Of a stretch of 64,000 bases of DNA, positions 55,469 to 64,000 are shown piece by piece. Positions within the stretch are counted from its first letter, which is position 1; each line of letters begins with the position of its first letter. A program made the position numbers and the translations under genes. Location: NCBI GenBank assembly GCA_964016885.1, contig OZ024752.1, forward strand, positions 25,730,001 through 25,794,000. Direction: 5' to 3'. The DNA is from Eledone cirrhosa (Eukaryota). The notes under the pieces are model-generated. The model was given only the letters and a program-made list of their open reading frames with translations, was not told where the DNA came from and did not search any database.

Positions 55469-57270
55469 AAAAAAAAAAAAAAAAAAAAAAAAAAATTACT
55501 TATTGACACTTATACGTACGACATACACACACACGCATACATATGCGTGCACACAGCAACACTCACACACACAACAAACACACACACACGCTACTCTACT
55601 CACTTACACGCACACACACACATATATATATATATATTACCGTCATTACTGATACAAGATTACCAGATTATGTCAACTGTTGACTTTCAAGAGTTTGTAT
55701 AGTTGAAGCCGATCGTATTACAGTCCAGTATTACTATAATTGCTTTACAGCATAGAGTTATGGCTCTCCACGGAGTCAACAAAAGAGAGTACCAGTGATG
55801 CGCTGGCCAGTCGCTGGATCCGTGCCAAAAGCAGAAAAATTATTATTAAAGTTGTTCTTAAGGCCAGGTCGCTGGTGATGGTGATGGCGACGGCGGTGGC
55901 GGTGGTGGTGGTGGCAGTTGATGTTGTTGTTCTGTTGTGTGTGTGTGTGTGTGTGTGTGTTTTGTTATTTTGAGTTTTTTTTTTTTTTTTTCCTTTCTTT
56001 TTTTTTCTCCTTTTTTTTTTTTTTTCCCCTTCCCTTTTCTTTTTTCTTTCCCCTTCCTTTTTTTATGTTTTGATGCCGCTGTTGTTGTTGTTGTTGTAAT
56101 TGTTGTAAATGTTCATTTCAGTTCATTCTGAAGCTGTTGTTGCTGTAAACATTAGGGCCGGTGTTGTTGTTGTTGTAGATGTTGGGGTTGAAATCTGGTT
56201 GTTTGACTGAGTGATGTATATACACACATATACATACACACACATATATATATATACATTCATCAGAGAGTAGAGAGTTTGACAACAGGTCGATGACTTT
56301 AGTCTCGATAGGGTATGGTATGGTAATGACATGTGATGGTGGGGAGAGAGTGTAGACGTTATTGTGGTGGTGTGGACAGTGAGATGTATCTAGTTCATTT
56401 GACCGTTTTCTTCTCTTAGCAAAATTTGAATTCTAGCCATGTTATATTGAGATGTAAGTAAATGTAAAATATAAATAAGGATTGCTCTGCTAAAATATAC
56501 TAAAATATTTGTGTAACTTCCACAAACTTCTGTCGTGACATTCCCGAGACCAGTAACCAACAAATTGTTGTATTTTGATGTTTCAGAATACAAAAATTAA
56601 TTAAAAACTTACCCCACGAAGAGACAGCGTGTGTTGTCCTATCTATAAGCTCCCTCTACATATATATATATATATATATATATACATACATACATATATA
56701 CATATATATATATATACATACATATATATATATATATACATACATATATACATATATATACATACATATATATATATATATACATACATATATATATATA
56801 TATACATACATATATACATATATATATATACATACATATATATATATATATACATACATATATACATATATATACATACATATATATATATATATACATA
56901 CATATATACATATATATATATATACATACATATATATATATATATATACATACATATATACATATATATACATACATATATATATATATATACATACATA
57001 TATACATATATATATATATACATACATATATATATATATATATACATACATATATACATATATATATATATACATACATATATATATATATATACATACA
57101 TATATATATATATATATATACATACATACATATATATATATATACATATATACATATATATATACATATATACATATATACATACATATATACATATATA
57201 TATATATACATACATATAGATATAGATAGGTAAATATACACGGGTGTGTATGATTGTGTATAGAAGATTA

Positions 57271-57661
57271 TATTAATAAGAGGAATTCCAACTTTGTCTG
57301 ATTTACTCGTTTTATTTACAATCCTTTAAAATATATATAATGGTATTATAATGAAATAGTATGATAGAATATTAAATTCTAAGTGTTAATTGAACAAGTA
57401 CTTTCATGCTTTCGCAATCTTCAGGTTCATGATATGTGGTGACAGTCGAGTTTGCAATTTTCAACTGTGGAAAATTGCAAACTCGACTGTCACCACATAT
57501 CATGAACCTGAAGATTGCGAAAGCATGAAAGTACTTGTTCAATTAACACTTAGAATTTAATATTCTATCATACTATTTCATTATAATACCATTATATATA
57601 TTTTAAAGGATTGTAAATAAAACGAGTAAATCAGACAAAGTTGGAATTCCTCTTATTAATA
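57271..57661. mobile_element. Perfect ~190-bp-arm fold-back with a minimal hammerhead on each strand (57391-57429 minus, 57503-57541 plus)
   Basis: tgaac CTGAAGA t-tgc-gaaa-gca-t GAAA gtac TT gttca, embedded in TA/TACA repeats. Confidence 0.85.
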
Positions 57662-57663
57662 TA

Positions 57664-57709
<46 letters not shown>

Positions 57710-57723
57710 CATATATATATATA

Positions 57724-57757
<34 letters not shown>

Positions 57758-57951
57758 TACATACATACATATATACATATATATATATACACATACATAT
57801 ATATATATATATACATACATACATACATATATATACATACATACATACATATATATACATATATATATACATACATATACATACACATATATATATACAT
57901 ACATATACATACACATATATATATACATACATATACATACACATATATATA

Positions 57952-58017
<66 letters not shown>

Positions 58018-58098
58018 TACATATATACATACATATATATATATACATATATATATACATATATATATATACATATATATATACATATATATATATAC

Positions 58099-58129
<31 letters not shown>

Positions 58130-58284
58130 CATATATATATACATATATATATACATATATATATACATATATATATACATATATACATACATATATATAT
58201 ACATATATATATATATATACATACATATATATATATATATATATACATATATACATACATATATATATACATATATATATATAT

Positions 58285-58377
<93 letters not shown>

Positions 58378-58413
58378 TACATACATATATAAATATATAT
58401 ATATATATATATA

Positions 58414-59008
58414 TGGTGACTGCCAACTCGTTTTCGAGTACGGCCACTACTTTATACCCATGGAGGAGAACCCTTACCGATGCGCTGAACGAGTGTGACT
58501 TTTTAGACCAGCCAGCGACTTGAAAACTCTGGTACAAACACAACACTTGTGATAATTACTGACACATAGTGCTGGGCCCATGGTACCATGTAACGACAAG
58601 TGCAGAGAGATCTCCAGATATAAAGCAATGCCTGTGCCGTGAGGCTTTTATAGTGTGCAAAGGCACTGCACAAAGCCAGTCCCACTCTCTTAACCAAGTT
58701 GATATTTACCAAAAAGAAGAACAAGTCAACATCATTGGATACCATCAGGCTTGCAGGTGTTATATCAGAGTTTTCCTTCTCCTAGAATTCTGCCTTGACA
58801 AAGGCTAAGGGGTCATCTATCCCGGTGATTTTGGATGGCCATTGACTCTTAAGAGCTCCTTTGCCCTTTGACAGGTTTTGTTTTTAGACCTGCAGGATGT
58901 CCAAAGTCACCCTCCTCACCAAGAAACCTTGGTGGGGTTGCCAGTTTAGTCGCCAACGACCCGACCATGGGACAGGTTGTACTGGAATGCATGTTACCAG
59001 TAGCACCA
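58414..59008 (-). mobile_element. Family A copy, slightly 5'-truncated
   Basis: Matches 39544-40137. Confidence 0.9.
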
Positions 59009-59014
59009 GTAGCC

Positions 59015-59047
<33 letters not shown>

Positions 59048-59486
59048 CATACAAATCTCTATATATATACATACATACATATATAAATACATACATATAT
59101 ACATACATATATATATATACATATATACATATATATATATACATATATACACATATATATACATATATACACATATATATATATATATATATACACATAT
59201 ATATACATATATATATACACATATATATACACATATATATACACATATATATACATATATATATACACATATATATACATATATATATACACATATATAT
59301 ACATATATATATACACATATATATACATATATATATACACATATATATACATATATATATACACATATATATACATATATATATACACATATATATACAT
59401 ATATATATACACATATATATACACATATATATATACATATATATATACATATATATATATATACATATATATATATACATATATAC

Positions 59487-59649
<163 letters not shown>

Positions 59650-59658
59650 CATATATAC

Positions 59659-59695
<37 letters not shown>

Positions 59696-59696
59696 C

Positions 59697-59749
<53 letters not shown>

Positions 59750-59758
59750 CATATATAC

Positions 59759-59829
<71 letters not shown>

Positions 59830-59830
59830 C

Positions 59831-60880
<1,050 letters not shown>

Positions 60881-60914
60881 ATATATATATAGATATATAC
60901 ATATATATATACTT

Positions 60915-61347
60915 ATATAATATAAGATCAAAAGATGGTTAAAAGAGTTCCATGTATTTTATTATGCGCATTTCAAAAACAAATATCATCCTGAGATGAC
61001 ATTTGCGTTTTCGTCAGATAAAATAGGGAGACACGATATGAAGGTTAAAAAACACTTGTGAATAGTGCACTTTTAAATCAACATATGAAAAGTAATTTAA
61101 GATTGATGCGTGATATTGGGATATTGTTTTTTAACCTTCATATCGTGTCTCCCTATTTTATCTGACGAAAACGCAAATGTCATCTCAGGATGATATTTGT
61201 TTTTGAAATGCGCATAATAAAGTACATGGAACTCTTTTAACCATCTTTTGATGTTATATTATTTATACTCCAGTCCCACAAACTGTAGAGTGCTACTTAT
61301 CCGATATCTGCATTGCTTTATTGTACTTACAATAAAACTCACCTCCT
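60915..61347. mobile_element. Fold-back element with hammerheads on both strands (60957-61023 minus, 61157-61221 plus)
   Basis: tttat CTGACGA aaacgcaaatgtcatc-tcag-gatgatatttgttttt GAAA tgcgca TA ataaa. Confidence 0.85.
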
Positions 61348-61850
61348 ACATATACATATATATATACATATATATATACATATATATATACATATATATA
61401 TATACATATATATATGCATATATATATACATATATATATGCATATATATATACATATATATATATACATATATATATATATACATACATATACATATACA
61501 TACATATACATATATACATATATATATATATACATACATATACATATATATATATACATATATATATACATACATATATATATACATACATATATATATA
61601 CATACATATATATATACATACATATACATATACATACATATATATATACATACATATACATATACATACATATACATATATATATATACATATATATATA
61701 CATACATATATATATACATACATATATATATACATACATATATATATACATACATATATATATACATATATATATACATACATATATATATACATACATA
61801 TATATACATATATACATATATATATATACATATATATACATACATACATA

Positions 61851-61902
<52 letters not shown>

Positions 61903-61983
61903 CATATATATATACATATATATATATATACATATATATATATACATATACATACATATATATACATACATACATATACATAC

Positions 61984-62032
<49 letters not shown>

Positions 62033-62091
62033 CATATATATACATATATATACATATATATACATACATTTATATACATACATATATATAC

Positions 62092-62122
<31 letters not shown>

Positions 62123-62286
62123 CATATATATATACATATATATATATACATATATATATACATATATATATACATATATATATATATATACATATATATA
62201 TACATATAAATATATACATATATATATACATATAAATATATACATATATACATTTATATATATATACATATATATATATATACATT

Positions 62287-62322
<36 letters not shown>

Positions 62323-62329
62323 CATATAT

Positions 62330-64000
62330 CGTAAGGTGCAATATTGGTTGTGTAAAATGGTCCAATAACTTTATGTTAGCAACATTAAGTGCTCCACGCT
62401 TTTGTATATCTCCAATTCCATTCAAGGGAACAGCTAGATGATGTAAAACGGAGTATAAGTATCAAAATGAAAATCCGAAGGCAAGGTAAAATTCCAATCA
62501 TTTAATCACGACACATGTTTCAATAAGAGATAGATCGATTGTGAAGCCATGATCGATTATCACTGATCTCATCAGGTGAAAATGAATTGTCTTCAAATTC
62601 TTGATATGAGGGAGAAAAAAACGATGTTCTCTCACACAATTCATTCCCTCATATGAAGACACATCAGTCAGTCAGAGACAAGGCGACTGCTATTAGCTTT
62701 AGTTGAGGTCATAAAAGTTTTCAGACTTCTATCGCTGCAAAAGATGCTGGACATCAAACAAATCCGTAGGGATACAGTCAGTCACAGTTAGAAGTGAGTG
62801 GGTACACACACACTCCACACCCGCATACATCGGCTCGAGGTCAAATAAAAATAAAAATAAATACATATATATACACACATCAACACAGCATTAAACCCGC
62901 AGAATTAGCGTGAGTGGGTACACACAAACCCCAACACACACCGAAGCGATATCCGAGAAAAAGCACATATAAGAATGTACCAACACAGCAATTACCGAAA
63001 AGTTAGTTCGCAAAGCAACAGAAGTTAAGTCGGTCAAATCTCAATTTGACGATGTAAATCGGAAATATTGGGTTAACCAACGCTACACACATATATATAC
63101 ACACACACGCGCGCGTGCGCGCAAGTAAGTTCAGTTCAGTTAAGTGTTCTGCTGTACGTGTATAGATTCAATTGTAACATCCATATCTTCAAGTGTGCGT
63201 TATGGTAAGTGGTATATACACATCCGAATCGTCCAAAAAATGGGGGGGGGGGGGTCCGGGTATATACACATCCATGTGAAGAATAAGCAATCAGCTCATG
63301 TCGAACTCCTTGTGTACCGTTGTCCAGTTGAGAATCAGATTCACCAAATCCGTGCGTGCAAGCAACTGCAATGTGGGCCGGCAAAGGGCTCTAAGTAGGG
63401 TTGGGTATAGGGTAAATGAGTCCGCAAGTGCTATCTCCCGCCACATGGGCCAATGAGCTTTTAAGATATAGAAGGTGAAGTAAGAAAATAAAGGATAGTG
63501 AAACCCAGAGGATGTGTGTAGGCCCATTAATGGTGTGTCAGTATCGTTGTTCAATCCGTAACAGTGAGTCCTCCATGGTTAGATGATCACGCATCAAAAC
63601 CTGGTGTAGTGTTCAGTCGGTAGGAGCGTGACACTCGTAAAAGTGGGAGCTTAATGTCTAAAGGAAGCGGGTACTGTGTGTAGAGCTATGTATAGGGAGC
63701 GTAATCGGTCCTAACTAGGTGTGTAATAAATCTAACTATTTACTAGCTAGGTATTCTAAAAGAGAGCACTCAGCTGTGAGAACTCCGTGGAAACAGGCCG
63801 AGTATCTTTGCAAGTGCGCAAACAATCTTAGCCGTCTAACTACCTAAGTGTGTGACTGTCCTTTTATTGAGAGAACTCTATGGCTAAAGTAGAGAGGGAG
63901 GAGTTATTGGTAGGTTACCTTCCTGCGGAAGGTTTTCGAGGTTCTATGTTGACAGTTGCTGAAAAAATCTGCTCTTCTATTAATTAATAGGGGGCCGCCT
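62330..64000 (-). mobile_element. Probable old Penelope-like element (decayed RT-EN linker plus pLTR)
   Basis: Minus frames give PLMG...ILKAHWPMWRE and VRHELIAYSSHGCVY, PLE-linker-like by eye, with a same-strand downstream hammerhead. Confidence 0.35.
62506..62579 (-). ncRNA. Type I hammerhead with a GUC site and long stem II
   Basis: tcac CTGATGA gatcagtgataatcgat-loop-atcgatctatctcttatt GAAA catgtg TC gtga. Confidence 0.75.

Noticed and set aside
55690-55975. Exon-like unique island upstream of the RTE
   Set aside because: Frames on both strands are short and run into simple repeats; no consistent model.

Overview
AT-rich, microsatellite-saturated eukaryotic DNA with a 200-N gap at 51166-51365. 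The repeat spectrum suggests an octopus/coleoid cephalopod, which is my inference. Almost all ORF-track hits are translations of (TA)n, (CA)n, (TACA)n or (GTA/GTG)n and are not genes. The real coding remnants are all retroelement-derived: a near full-length, frameshifted RTE-clade LINE (51541-55087, minus; APE-RT plus three C2H2 fingers), a Penelope-like element (RT C-terminus plus GIY-YIG, with a 5' inversion), an R4/Dong-like restriction-like-endonuclease LINE inserted in (CATA)n, and RTE, Hero and mariner fragments. The window also holds tRNA-type SINEs, hAT, piggyBac and Helitron non-autonomous elements, and a ~610-bp structured non-coding retroposon family (7 copies plus relatives). The main signal not explained by these features: read by eye, more than 20 type-I hammerhead ribozyme motifs occur in more than 10 unrelated short elements bounded by (TA)n. 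They are arranged as partial tandem units of 478-592 bp or as fold-back palindromes, and many share a downstream ACTC...GAGTRC hairpin and unusual core variants (U.U at 10.1/11.1, an extra nucleotide after A9, NUU triplets). This looks like a Penelope pLTR/retrozyme ecosystem. Only weak candidate host exons were seen. All RNA structures were folded manually and are untested.
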